Assembly (NCBI GenBank): GCA_044229845.1
Contig: JBGASG010000005.1
Location: forward strand, 288,001-352,000
Source: Candidatus Obscuribacteraceae bacterium
Lineage (GTDB): Bacteria > Cyanobacteriota > Vampirovibrionia > Obscuribacterales > Obscuribacteraceae
Length of the DNA stretch: 64,000 nt
Reading direction: 5' to 3'
This document shows positions 44,608 through 54,838 of this stretch, piece after piece. Position numbers and translations under genes: made by a program. Within the stretch, counting starts at the first letter, position 1, and the number at the start of each line of letters is the position of its first letter. The notes under the pieces are model-generated. The model saw nothing but the letters and a program-made list of their open reading frames with translations. It was not told where the DNA came from and searched no databases.

Positions 44608-45705
44608 TTATCTAAAGGAATGTCGGGGAGAAGTTCCAATCATAGCAGACAATATATATTGCCAAGGACGCTTCAATGCGCCGATGTTTTGCCGCCGGCC
44701 GATTTTAATTTCATCGTACATTTTCTTGCCTTCGAAACAGAGACCACGCTGCATCAACGCCCAGGTTGCATTCGGGTCCAATTTCAGAACGCGGTCGTAA
44801 TCTTCTATCGCCGGATCAAATTTATTCTGGTCCTGAAACATCTTCGCCCGCTGCCCAATTACTTCAGTGTCCTGCGGGTTGGCTGCGATGGAACTATTAA
44901 AATCAGCCATTGCCTCGGCATTCTTTTTGATGCCCTGATAATAGATGCCGCGCAAAAACAGCGCTTTAGCCTGCTTTGGATTTAGCTTGATCGCCTTATC
45001 GAGATCCTGCTTCTCGTGCACTCGATCTTCCATGAATGAGTAGGCATCGGCGCGTCCGGTCAGAGCATCGGCAGAAGATGCATCCCAACCGACGGCTTTG
45101 TTGTAGGCCATCAGTGCACGGCTATATTGATCGCGCAGCATGTAGGTGTTGCCGATCTCAATAGCTTTCACCGACATCTCAGCATTTTTCAAGCCTTTCT
45201 GCGCGGTCAGTGCCACCAGTTCTTTCGGAGGCTGCGTGCGCTGCTTTTCGATAAATGCAATACGCTTCGTCATCTTCACGGCGTCAGCGGTTTTGCCGGT
45301 GCGCTTCAAAAAGGCAGCATATTCTTGAATCGGAAAAATCACCGTCGGGCCGTCGTCGCCGTCTTGCGCTTCGCGTCCAGCAATAGCGTCGCGATGAAAC
45401 TGGTCTGCTTTGTCCAGCTGTTTCATCTTTTCGTACACATCGGCGATTGCGATTTGCTGAACCATCAAGTCCAACCCTAAAGCTTTTCGCTGCTCAAGAA
45501 TCGCATTGTATTTCTGCAATGCAATTTCAAACTTGCGATTCTTAATTGCGGTCTCCGCATCGCGCCCCATCACCATCCATTCGCCGCTGCCTTTCTGGAT
45601 GGCCGCAGCCGTCTTTGGATCCCGCGATGCAGCAAATGCATTCGCACCCACGATCGAAGCGATGGCGATTGCCACCAGTGTCGCGCGCGCTATTTGAGTT
45701 TTCAT
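44608..45705 (-). CDS. Secreted TPR-repeat protein, apparently C-terminally truncated
   Basis: Signal peptide and many TPRs; last repeat breaks at KKMYDE and reads through the Ubl promoter. Confidence 0.75.
   Translation of the reverse strand: MKTQIARATLVAIAIASIVGANAFAASRDPKTAAAIQKGSGEWMVMGRDAETAIKNRKFEIALQKYNAILEQRKALGLDLMVQQIAIADVYEKMKQLDKADQFHRDAIAGREAQDGDDGPTVIFPIQEYAAFLKRTGKTADAVKMTKRIAFIEKQRTQPPKELVALTAQKGLKNAEMSVKAIEIGNTYMLRDQYSRALMAYNKAVGWDASSADALTGRADAYSFMEDRVHEKQDLDKAIKLNPKQAKALFLRGIYYQGIKKNAEAMADFNSSIAANPQDTEVIGQRAKMFQDQNKFDPAIEDYDRVLKLDPNATWALMQRGLCFEGKKMYDEIKIGRRQNIGALKRPWQYILSAMIGTSPRHSFR
44639..44663 (-). promoter_or_regulatory. Ubl operon promoter: extended -10 with adjacent palindrome
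   Basis: Minus strand GGCAATATATATTGTC-TGC-TATGAT. Confidence 0.55.
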
Positions 45706-45799
45706 GTTCCCTGCCTGTTGTCCTGTCCTAACCTGACTGAGCCGGCCTGCGCCAACCTAATTGACTCAACGAGAGCTAATGGAAATTTAGGCTGCGCCC

Positions 45800-47518
45800 C
45801 TAGACTTCTTCCATCGGGATGCGCACTTTCTTCTTCTTAGCGAAATCAATCGCCTCTTCATAACCGGCATCAGCGTGGCGTATCACGCCCATGCCGGGGT
45901 CGGTCGTCAAAACGCGTTCAAGGCGTTTCGCGGCTGCTTCGGTACCGTCGGCGACAATCACCTGCCCGGCGTGCTGGGAATAACCGATGCCGACTCCGCC
46001 ACCATGGTGCACCGACACCCAGCTGGCACCACCGACGGCGTTGATCATGGCATTCAGAAACACCCAGTCAGCGACCGCATCAGTACCATCCTTCATGGCT
46101 TCGGTTTCTCTATTTGGTGAAGCTACTGATCCGGCATCCAGATGGTCGCGTCCGATCACGACGGGCGCCTTCACCTTGCCCTGTGCCACCAGGTCGTTGA
46201 TTATCAGTCCCAACTTGGCACGGTCGCCGTAACCCAACCAGCAAATTCGCGCCGGCAGTCCCTGGAAAGCCACGCGCTTGGAGGCCATTTCAATCCAGCG
46301 AGCCAGCGCCTTGTCCTCGGGGAAGTTTTTCAAGATCGCCTCGTCGATGGTGGCGATGTCTTTTGGATCGCCCGACAGGACTGCCCATCTAAAAGGACCT
46401 TTGCCTTCACAGAACAATGGGCGAATGAACGCCGGCACAAAGCCCGGGAAGTCGAAGGCATTCGCGACGCCATGATCTTTTGCAACTTGTCGGATGTTGT
46501 TGCCATAATCAAATGTGATGGCGCCGGCTTTCTGCAGATCGAGCATCGCCTTTACGTGGGTGACGATCGACGCGCAAGACTGCTTCAGATAGTCTTGCGG
46601 ATCGCGCGCGCGCAGTTCAGCGGCCTTCTCCAGGGAGAAACCGATGGGCACATATCCATTCAACGGATCGTGCGCCGAAGTTTGATCCGTCAGTGCATCG
46701 GGTTTGAACCCGCGCCGCACCAGTTCAGGCAAAATTTCCGCGGCATTGCCGAGCAACGCAATTGATACGGCCTCGCCTTTTGCCGCCGCATCCTGAGCAA
46801 GTTTAATTGCGTCGTCCAGATCCTTCGCTTGCTTATCGCAATAGCGCGTTTCCACCCGGCGATCGATTCTAGTTTGATCGACTTCGATGCAGATTGCGAC
46901 GCCTTCGTTCATCGTAATAGCGAGCGGCTGAGCACCACCCATGCCACCAAGACCGGCGGTGACGGTGATGCGTCCCTTGAGAGTGCCACCAAAATGTTTC
47001 TTCGCGAGTGCAGCAAAGGTCTCATACGTACCTTGCAAAATGCCTTGCGTGCCGATGTAGATCCATGAACCCGCAGTCATCTGTCCAAACATGATCAGAC
47101 CTTTGCGTTCCAACTCTCTGAAATGCTCCCAATCAGACCACTTGCCGACCAGGTTGGAGTTGGCGATCAAGACACGCGGCGCATCGACATGGCTTTTGAA
47201 GACGCCGACCGGCTTACCGGACGCCACAAGCAGGGTTTCGTCGTTCTCCAACTCGACCAGAGCTTTGACTATCGCCTTGAAGCAATCCCAGTTGCGGGCT
47301 GCCTTGCCCGAACCGCCATAGACCACCAGGTCGTGCGGACGCTCAGCGACTGCCGGGTCCAGATTGTTGAGCAGCATGCGGAAGGCGGCTTCTTGCAGCC
47401 AGCCCTTGCAGGTGAGCTCGGTCCCGTGCGGAGCCCGAACGTCAATCGGGGCTTTGCTTTTCAGGATCGCCGTTACCAGTTCGGACGCAGATTTGGTTGG
47501 CATAGCAGTTGATGTCAT
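45800..47518 (-). CDS. hutU: Urocanate hydratase
   Basis: [51 protein letters not shown]. Confidence 0.97.
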   Translation of the reverse strand: MTSTAMPTKSASELVTAILKSKAPIDVRAPHGTELTCKGWLQEAAFRMLLNNLDPAVAERPHDLVVYGGSGKAARNWDCFKAIVKALVELENDETLLVASGKPVGVFKSHVDAPRVLIANSNLVGKWSDWEHFRELERKGLIMFGQMTAGSWIYIGTQGILQGTYETFAALAKKHFGGTLKGRITVTAGLGGMGGAQPLAITMNEGVAICIEVDQTRIDRRVETRYCDKQAKDLDDAIKLAQDAAAKGEAVSIALLGNAAEILPELVRRGFKPDALTDQTSAHDPLNGYVPIGFSLEKAAELRARDPQDYLKQSCASIVTHVKAMLDLQKAGAITFDYGNNIRQVAKDHGVANAFDFPGFVPAFIRPLFCEGKGPFRWAVLSGDPKDIATIDEAILKNFPEDKALARWIEMASKRVAFQGLPARICWLGYGDRAKLGLIINDLVAQGKVKAPVVIGRDHLDAGSVASPNRETEAMKDGTDAVADWVFLNAMINAVGGASWVSVHHGGGVGIGYSQHAGQVIVADGTEAAAKRLERVLTTDPGMGVIRHADAGYEEAIDFAKKKKVRIPMEEV

Positions 47519-47663
47519 GGTTTGTCTCTTGTGGCTGGCTCTTGAGAATCTGGGGGCTGAATATAAGGAAGCAATTAGGATACGCGGAGAACTACAATAA
47601 CTGGTATAAGCTGGCTAACCAGTGAAGGCATATCATAGCCTAAGCACGCCACGGGAGTGAGTC

Positions 47664-49280
47664 ATGGTCAAGGAACTGTCGAAGCCGAAGACGGGCGAAA
47701 TCAAATACAGCCTCTCTGATATTCCGCTTAAGTCGGTCTATACGGCTGACGATTTGAAGGGCTGGAATTACGACGAGAAGCTGGCCGACCCGGGTCAGTT
47801 CCCCTATACCCGCGGCATCCACGAAAACATGTATCGCGGCAAAGTCTGGACAATGCGCCAGTTTGCCGGCTTTGGCGGTCCGGAAGAGACCAACGAGCGC
47901 TTCAAATATCTGCTCGCTCAGGGGCAAACCGGCTTGTCGACTGCATTCGATCTGCCGACACTGATGGGCTACGACTCCGACCATCCCAAGTCGCTCGGCG
48001 AAGTGGGCGTCTGCGGCGTCGCCATCGACAGTCTCAAGGACATGGAGATTCTCTACAAAGACCTGCCGCTCGATAAAGTTTCGACCTCGATGACTATCAA
48101 CGGTCCTGCGGTGATCATCTACAGCATGTTTCTCGCCAATGCCGAGAAGCAGGGCTTTGACTGGAAGAAACTGAACGGCACCCTGCAAAACGACATCTTC
48201 AAAGAGTACATCGCTCAGAAGACTTACCTGATTCCGCCGCGTCCGGCACTGAAATTGATCCAGGACATGATCGTCTTCACGACTATGAATGTCCCGCGCT
48301 GGAACTTCATTTCCGTCAGCGGATATCACATTCGCGAAGCCGGTGCTACTGCCATTCAAGAGCTGGCGTTTACGCTCGCCGATGGGTTTGCCTATGTGGA
48401 CGCCGGTATCGAAGCCGGTCTCAAGGTCGACGAGTTTGTGCCACGTCTGTCATTCTTCTTCAACGCGCACATCGATTTCTTCGAAGAGATCGCCAAATAT
48501 CGCGCCGCTCGCCGCATCTGGGCAAAACGCATGCGCGACCACTACGGCGCCAAAGATGAGCGCTCGCTCAAGTTGCGTTTCCATACTCAGACCGCCGGCT
48601 GCAGCTTGACCGGTCCACAACCGGAAAACAACATCGTGCGCACCGCCATCGAGGCGCTCGCCGGAGTGCTGGGCGGAACGCAATCTCTGCACACAAACTC
48701 CATGGACGAAGTGCTGGGTCTGCCGACACAAAAGGCAGCGCACATCGCGTTGCGCACGCAGCAGATCATCGCCCACGAAACCGGTGTCACCAATGTCGTC
48801 GATCCGCTAGCCGGCTCGTATTACATCGAATGGCTGACAGATCAGATGGAAGCCGGTGCCAACGAATACTTCAAGCGCATCGAGGAAGAAGGCGGAGTGC
48901 TGGCGGGCATTGAAAAAGGTTTCTTCATGAAAGAGATCGCTGACGCTGCCTATCGATTCCAACAAAAGCTCGACTCTGATGAGTTTATCTTCGTCGGCTT
49001 AAACGGCTTTACCGAAGAGGCACCAGGTTCGAAGATCGAAATCTTGAAGATCGGCAAAGAGTTTGGCGAACGTCAGACGCAACGTCTGCAAGAGCTGCGC
49101 AGCACCCGCGACAATGAGAAAGTCGCCCAGACTCTGAGCAACCTGGAAGCCGGCCTGCGACGGGGCGAAAACTCCTTCCCGCTTCTTCTGGAAGCCTGCA
49201 AGGCATACGCCACTCTGGGCGAGATTTGCGACGTGATGCGCAGCATCTGGGGTCAATATCGCGAGAGCTCGATTATCTAA
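47664..49280 (+). CDS. B12-dependent acyl-CoA mutase large subunit (isobutyryl-CoA mutase-like), no B12-binding domain
   Basis: PGQFPYTRG, RQFAGF, QNDIFKEYIAQK, SGYHIREAG, GGTQSLHTN. Confidence 0.9.
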   Translation: MVKELSKPKTGEIKYSLSDIPLKSVYTADDLKGWNYDEKLADPGQFPYTRGIHENMYRGKVWTMRQFAGFGGPEETNERFKYLLAQGQTGLSTAFDLPTLMGYDSDHPKSLGEVGVCGVAIDSLKDMEILYKDLPLDKVSTSMTINGPAVIIYSMFLANAEKQGFDWKKLNGTLQNDIFKEYIAQKTYLIPPRPALKLIQDMIVFTTMNVPRWNFISVSGYHIREAGATAIQELAFTLADGFAYVDAGIEAGLKVDEFVPRLSFFFNAHIDFFEEIAKYRAARRIWAKRMRDHYGAKDERSLKLRFHTQTAGCSLTGPQPENNIVRTAIEALAGVLGGTQSLHTNSMDEVLGLPTQKAAHIALRTQQIIAHETGVTNVVDPLAGSYYIEWLTDQMEAGANEYFKRIEEEGGVLAGIEKGFFMKEIADAAYRFQQKLDSDEFIFVGLNGFTEEAPGSKIEILKIGKEFGERQTQRLQELRSTRDNEKVAQTLSNLEAGLRRGENSFPLLLEACKAYATLGEICDVMRSIWGQYRESSII

Positions 49281-49330
49281 GTCGCTTGCAGCCAGAAGCA
49301 CCTAAGCAAGAATCTGAAAAACGACGCATC

Positions 49331-49810
49331 ATGATGAGTCGAGCCACCGACTCGTCGATGAAACTGGCGCGCAAATGCGCGGCGCCGCTATTGGCACGTC
49401 AATTGGAGGCGTCCGACGCCGAGGCGCTTGGGCGCCTGCTCCACGATGCATATAAGGGAACCGTCGATGATGACGGACAGACTTTCGAGCAAGCAGTTCA
49501 AGAAGTGAAGGAAACTTTTTTCGGGCGCTACGGGGCCATGATCTGGACTGCATCACATGTGGTGCTGGACGGCGGCACCATAGTCTGTTGTTCGGTGGTC
49601 ACTAATTACCAGCACAATCCATTGATTGCATTTGCGGCCACCCTGCCCGAGTATCAAGGTAAGGGGCTGTGCACGCAGGTAATGACGGAAAGCATTCGGG
49701 CGCTGGCGCGCATGGGGCGACCGCTGGTCAAACTTGTGGTTACCGAAAAGAACGAGCGTGCGCTATCGTTATATCATCACCTGGGATTCAAACCTGTTGA
49801 CAAGAAATGA
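49331..49810 (+). CDS. GNAT acetyltransferase
   Basis: TLPEYQGKGL, NERALSLYHHLGF. Confidence 0.85.
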   Translation: MMSRATDSSMKLARKCAAPLLARQLEASDAEALGRLLHDAYKGTVDDDGQTFEQAVQEVKETFFGRYGAMIWTASHVVLDGGTIVCCSVVTNYQHNPLIAFAATLPEYQGKGLCTQVMTESIRALARMGRPLVKLVVTEKNERALSLYHHLGFKPVDKK

Positions 49811-49842
49811 CATGAGCTGCGAAGCGCTAACTGAGGAAGACC

Positions 49843-50526
49843 ATGGACAATCGTGAAATCGGACGCCTGTTGTCGATTATGTTTCAAGCGCATCCCTGGC
49901 ATGGCATTTCGCCCGGCGAAAGCTGTCCCGAGAAGGTGCAAGCATTTATCGAGATCGTGCCCACCGATACGGTCAAGTACGAAGTGCACAAACCCTCCGG
50001 TCACCTGCACATCGATCGTCCGCAATCTTTTTCATCGATGTGCCCGACGCTCTATGGTTTTATCCCGCAGACGTATTGCGGACCGCATGTCGCCGATGTT
50101 TGCGAGCGGCGCGTCAATCGACAAAACATCGTCGGCGACGGCGACCCGCTGGACATCTGCGTGATCACCGAACGCCCGATCAACCAGGGCAATATATTAT
50201 TAAACGCCCGTCCGATCGGTGGCATGCGCATGATCGATCACAACGAAGCTGATGACAAAATCATCGCGGTGCTCGACGACGATCTGGCGTATGGCAAATT
50301 CAAAGACATCAGCGATTGCCCGAAACCAATCATTGATCGCCTCAAGCACTATTTCCTCAGTTACAAGCAATTGCCGGACGAGCCTGAGCACCTCGTGACC
50401 ATCGCTGAAGTGTACGACATCGTCTCGGCGCACGAAGTCATCGATGCCAGCATCAAAGACTATGTCGAGAAGTATGGTGCACCAGGTGAACGCATGGGAC
50501 AACTTCAGGAGTTGCTGACCCGCTAG
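49843..50526 (+). CDS. ppa: Family I inorganic pyrophosphatase
   Basis: HPWHG, IEI, KYE, YGFIPQT, DGDPLD, EADDKIIAV. Confidence 0.95.
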   Translation: MDNREIGRLLSIMFQAHPWHGISPGESCPEKVQAFIEIVPTDTVKYEVHKPSGHLHIDRPQSFSSMCPTLYGFIPQTYCGPHVADVCERRVNRQNIVGDGDPLDICVITERPINQGNILLNARPIGGMRMIDHNEADDKIIAVLDDDLAYGKFKDISDCPKPIIDRLKHYFLSYKQLPDEPEHLVTIAEVYDIVSAHEVIDASIKDYVEKYGAPGERMGQLQELLTR

Positions 50527-50527
50527 T

Positions 50528-50770
50528 ATGGAATTCACCCCAGAGAAAAAGAAGTTCTTGATCATCGCCTGCAGTGTCGGTGCGTTGATCGGCTGCGTGT
50601 GGGCTTGTTTCGTCCCGCTGCCGGGCGCACCAAAATTGTCCAGCGGCATTGCGCCGGTGATGAGCTACTCCTATTCAACGTTCAGCTACATCTTCATGGC
50701 AGGATTGGGCGGCGCCATACTTGCCGCCATGCTGGTCTTCTTCGTGTTTTTCATCTCATCACAAGATTGA
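50528..50770 (+). CDS. Small two-TM membrane protein
   Basis: Starts 1 nt after the ppa stop; two hydrophobic helices. Confidence 0.6.
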   Translation: MEFTPEKKKFLIIACSVGALIGCVWACFVPLPGAPKLSSGIAPVMSYSYSTFSYIFMAGLGGAILAAMLVFFVFFISSQD

Positions 50771-50774
50771 ACCA

Positions 50775-52169
50775 TCAGGATTGGCGAGTGGGCTGATAAT
50801 CTTCTTCGCGCATCCCAAACGACCAGGCAACGCCGGCGCGCGCAGTACGTGTTCGCGGTGGCACTCGAAGATGATACGTTCTGAACGAACCATCCGCTTC
50901 TGGCGTGCTGTTGGTGACTTGCACCACAACTAGTGGCTCGTCGTTCTTCTGCTGAATCTCATACAGAACACCGCACTCATCGCGATGTAGTTCTTTAGCG
51001 TCGCTGGCGGTAACGAATTTACTCAGTCCGAAGCGGTCGATCATAACTCGACGCACTTCGACGTTTCTCTCGTTGATAATGTCTTCCATCGTAAATGCAT
51101 CGCGAATGACGTTTTCGGATACTCGCACCCCGTTCACTGCATGCATTCCCCAATCTCCGAATGCGACTGCATGATCACTGTCGTGGTGCGGTAGACCATT
51201 TTGCAAATGCAGCTTCGATGGACCTTCAGAAACTACGCAAACATCATCCATCGGCCACCACCAGCCACCGGCATCGAGCGCATCGAAGTAGAACTCGTGT
51301 TTTGTGGGGTGGAGGCGTTTCATAAGCTCGCACAGGCGCACCAGCATCAAGCTGCTGCCATCACTGAGCGGTGAATGGCAAGTTTGCAAATGGCGCATGC
51401 GCCACGGAACTGAGCGACAAACCTGATCGGGATCTGTCACCTCCTGTCCCAGATTAGGCACAGGCACCACAGTCGTAGCCCATGAAAAACGCGCAGCGGC
51501 TGTAGGCTCTTCGTTTTCCTTCCACTCTTTATTCTGGAACGGGACCCTCGCCTTCATCTCTTGTTGTGCCAGGATTTTCTGGACGTCTCGATGCGCGAAC
51601 AGCTCAGTTGCGTCGGCGAGGTCTGCATTAGCTAGCTGTTCGGTCATCAACGCTGCAGCGCTGTACAACGTGTCAATGCGCCACACATGGCCGGACAATC
51701 GTTCGGCATCGACTTGGAGCCCATGCCGAAGTGAGGCCTGGACGAAGTCGTTTACTGAGGTTGGGTCGACCAGAGTGAGCTTGTCACTGAATGCGGAACC
51801 GAACCAGCCTCGCAAGTCAGGCGTTCGCAATCCGCGATGGCTGGCAGCACCGAGCAAGTCCGGCACCAGAGGCATTTCGCTTGGTTCCGGTCTGAATTGC
51901 GTGTGGACGCGCTGCTCATAAAGCTGGGCAAGCAGATGCACCACTGCAATAGCTTGAAGAGGCGAGTCAATCCAGAGGAAGAAAACCGGGCGCTTTTGCT
52001 TGCGAAACTGATAGATGCGGCGAACGGCAGATTCCAGTTTCTCCCTGTCACAAGGCACGGCGCGCTCGATGCGCGGCAGCATTTCCGCCCGCAAGTCCGG
52101 TATCACCTTGAGGTAGTCGCTAAATTGTTTCTGAGAACTAGCCATTATCGCAACCCGTTGCCGTGCCAA
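50775..52169 (-). CDS. DUF6745-type protein (paralog 3)
   Basis: GGWWW, NVEVRRVMIDRFG, VTNSTPEADG, LRVPP..TARAGVAWSFG. Confidence 0.8.
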   Translation of the reverse strand: MARQRVAIMASSQKQFSDYLKVIPDLRAEMLPRIERAVPCDREKLESAVRRIYQFRKQKRPVFFLWIDSPLQAIAVVHLLAQLYEQRVHTQFRPEPSEMPLVPDLLGAASHRGLRTPDLRGWFGSAFSDKLTLVDPTSVNDFVQASLRHGLQVDAERLSGHVWRIDTLYSAAALMTEQLANADLADATELFAHRDVQKILAQQEMKARVPFQNKEWKENEEPTAAARFSWATTVVPVPNLGQEVTDPDQVCRSVPWRMRHLQTCHSPLSDGSSLMLVRLCELMKRLHPTKHEFYFDALDAGGWWWPMDDVCVVSEGPSKLHLQNGLPHHDSDHAVAFGDWGMHAVNGVRVSENVIRDAFTMEDIINERNVEVRRVMIDRFGLSKFVTASDAKELHRDECGVLYEIQQKNDEPLVVVQVTNSTPEADGSFRTYHLRVPPRTRTARAGVAWSFGMREEDYQPTRQS

Positions 52170-52183
52170 GCCTATCCCGCATG

Positions 52184-53503
52184 TCAGGTTTCAACAAGAG
52201 GTTCATATTCATTCTCATCCAAGTTGAACGACCAGGCGACTGCCTGCCTGGCTGTTTGCACGTCTGGTGGCACACGCAGGTGGTACATTTTGTATGAACC
52301 GTCCGGCTCCGGGGTTTTATTTGTGACCTGAACAACGGTCACAGGCTCGTCTGCTACCATCTCGATTCTATACAAGATGCCGCATTCGTCGCTCTGCAAC
52401 TGGCGAGCACCACTTTCACGAATGAAGTTGCCTAATCCAAACCGGTCAATCATCAACCGTCGCAATTCAACGTTTCGTTCGTTGTGAATGTCCTTTATGG
52501 TGAATGTCCTTGTGACCACGCTCTCGGGAACGCGTCTGCCGCCCAGAGCCCAAATGTCCCAATCGGCGAAGCTAATCGCCGGTTCGCTTTCGTGTCCAGG
52601 ATTATTGCCATCCAGGTGCATCACCAGGGGATTCTCTGAAACCACACAAATTTTGTCGAGTGCGAACCACCAGCCACCAGCCTCGAAGGCGTCGATGTAG
52701 TCATTGACTCGGGCATCTGCCTTGTTCAGCAAACGAGCAATCTGGTGATACAGCAGATAGCCCGATGTGAGCGGTGAATGAATTTCTTCCAGAACCTTTC
52801 TGCTCCATAGGATGCGGCGCGATACTTCCACCGAGACTTGGGAAACCATCGTTTCGGTCGGCGTACTATTAGCTCGTTGGAACTTCAACCTGGCTCGACG
52901 TTCTTCCGACCAGAGTTTCTTTTCGATCTCGAGCTCTAAATCCGGATCGAATAAACTGTTGCTGTGTGCCGAAAGCGTATCTGAAAGCAGAGAAGCTACA
53001 TTGCTCAAACGCTCCATCCTGAGGACTGTTCCTGTGACTCGGTCCAGATCTAGGTCTTCAGCCGCTGCCTTGATCGCGGCAAGTTCAGTCCACCACCTCC
53101 GATATGCATCGGCTGCTTCAGGGTCTTGCACGGTAAGTTCGTCCTGAATAGCAAATCGAAAGAGTTGCTGCAGGTCTAACGTAGATGGTGGTCTTCTGGA
53201 TGTCAGCGACACCACAGGCTGCGCAACGCGTGGCACTGGCATACGATGAAGGTTGAGTCCGCACAATTGACGTAAGAGCAACACTGCAACTACGGCACTA
53301 GCAGGCGAGTCAAAGTAGACGAAGACGACCGGAGCCTGCAATCCCCAGTGACCATAGATACGACTGACGGCCCGCTCCAACTCGTCTCTTTGCACTGGAC
53401 TGGTGCTCGCAGCCTTCTCAGCGAAGTCACGCTCAAGCTGGCGAATTTGTTCTTTGCTTTGCGCGTAAAGAGCTTCGTCAAACGGCTCGGTGTGTCGTGT
53501 CAT
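52184..53503 (-). CDS. DUF6745-type protein (paralog 2)
   Basis: GGWWF, NVELRRLMIDRFG, VTNKTPEPDG, LRVPP..TARQAVAWSF. Confidence 0.8.
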   Translation of the reverse strand: MTRHTEPFDEALYAQSKEQIRQLERDFAEKAASTSPVQRDELERAVSRIYGHWGLQAPVVFVYFDSPASAVVAVLLLRQLCGLNLHRMPVPRVAQPVVSLTSRRPPSTLDLQQLFRFAIQDELTVQDPEAADAYRRWWTELAAIKAAAEDLDLDRVTGTVLRMERLSNVASLLSDTLSAHSNSLFDPDLELEIEKKLWSEERRARLKFQRANSTPTETMVSQVSVEVSRRILWSRKVLEEIHSPLTSGYLLYHQIARLLNKADARVNDYIDAFEAGGWWFALDKICVVSENPLVMHLDGNNPGHESEPAISFADWDIWALGGRRVPESVVTRTFTIKDIHNERNVELRRLMIDRFGLGNFIRESGARQLQSDECGILYRIEMVADEPVTVVQVTNKTPEPDGSYKMYHLRVPPDVQTARQAVAWSFNLDENEYEPLVET

Positions 53504-53518
53504 AATTGCTGCACCGCA

Positions 53519-54643
53519 TTATGTTTCATGCAAAGGTTGGTATTCGCTTTCACGCAAATCGAACGACCAGGCAACCGCCTGGCGCGCCGAGCTCATTGTC
53601 GGCGGCACCCGCAGATAGTACTTGCGGAAGGTGCCATCAGGTTCCGGCGAACTATTGGTGACCTCAACAAGGCACATGAAAGGCTCGACTTCCAGCGGCG
53701 TCTCTACGTGATACAAAACACCGTAATCATCGCTGCTGATTACATGCGAATTGGATTGCTTGATGTAATTATCCAGCCCCAGTCTATTTAACAGGATGGC
53801 GCGAATCTCGGCGTTTTCTTCGAATTGCACATCGGCTGCCGTCACCGGCTCGCAGATGATACGCGCTGGAACTATCCTGCCATTAACCGCAAACACATCC
53901 CACTTGCCGGCAAAGCTGACGGCGGGTCCGTCCAGGCAGTGCGGCATATTGTTAGTCACATTGAAAACAGTCGGGTTGTCGCACCAGACCACGATATCGT
54001 CGAGGGTCCACCACCAGCCTCCGGCTTGGAAAGCCTCGAAGAAGCCGCGGTACTCCTCGGCACCAAACAGTCCAATACTCTGAAAGAAACTGACTAACAG
54101 CAAATCCGCCGCATCGACTGCCGGTGCATGATAGTGAGCCGGCAAGAAGGCTGAGTGACGTACGGATGCCATGCCGCCGCCCGCTTCTTTTATCTCCGGA
54201 ATGCGCTTCTTCAGCGATTCGGCTTCCTGTCGGCCGATTTCCTCGATGATTGAGTGAGCGATGTCTGGCGGGTTTCCTTCGCCTTTCTTGGGAATCGCCG
54301 CATCAAACCAGGAACGCAAACTGATCATCTCGAGCCAGCGGCTGGCGGGAGCCTCGGTGCGACCGACCACTATCGGCAGCTGGCTGCGACTGGGCAGGGA
54401 GAACGCAAACCCGCGTATCCCGCAACGATTGGTGAGAAAGTTTACTGTCGCCATGGCTTCTGCCGGCGACGCGCAGCGCAGAAACAGCGACGGAACCTCA
54501 CTGGACCACTGCGTGTAGACCTGGTCGACAGCCGCTCGCAACCGCTCGAAATCGACAGAAGCTGTGGTCAGTGCCTGTTGCGTGAACTCGGCTTTCGCTT
54601 TGAGGACGTGCTCAGCGAGCAGTTCATGGAGTTGTGAGGACAT
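53519..54643 (-). CDS. DUF6745-type protein (paralog 1)
   Basis: GGAGGTGA RBS; GGWWW, NAEIR, VTNSSPEPDG, LRVPP..SARQAVAWSF. Confidence 0.8.
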   Translation of the reverse strand: MSSQLHELLAEHVLKAKAEFTQQALTTASVDFERLRAAVDQVYTQWSSEVPSLFLRCASPAEAMATVNFLTNRCGIRGFAFSLPSRSQLPIVVGRTEAPASRWLEMISLRSWFDAAIPKKGEGNPPDIAHSIIEEIGRQEAESLKKRIPEIKEAGGGMASVRHSAFLPAHYHAPAVDAADLLLVSFFQSIGLFGAEEYRGFFEAFQAGGWWWTLDDIVVWCDNPTVFNVTNNMPHCLDGPAVSFAGKWDVFAVNGRIVPARIICEPVTAADVQFEENAEIRAILLNRLGLDNYIKQSNSHVISSDDYGVLYHVETPLEVEPFMCLVEVTNSSPEPDGTFRKYYLRVPPTMSSARQAVAWSFDLRESEYQPLHET

Positions 54644-54838
54644 GTCTCACCTCCGGTTTAACTGACGGCGGGTCTGAGTTCTATCTTAATATGATTGGGC
54701 GTCGTGCGCCCGGGGTTGTAAGTGGCGTCCCATACATTGTGGCAAATCCAGCGGGACGAGCGCCGGCCAGCCTGCTAGAATGCCGATAACGTAACTTATT
54801 GGTCCGCACGCTAGCGCGTCTGCGCTGCAAGGCTTCTC

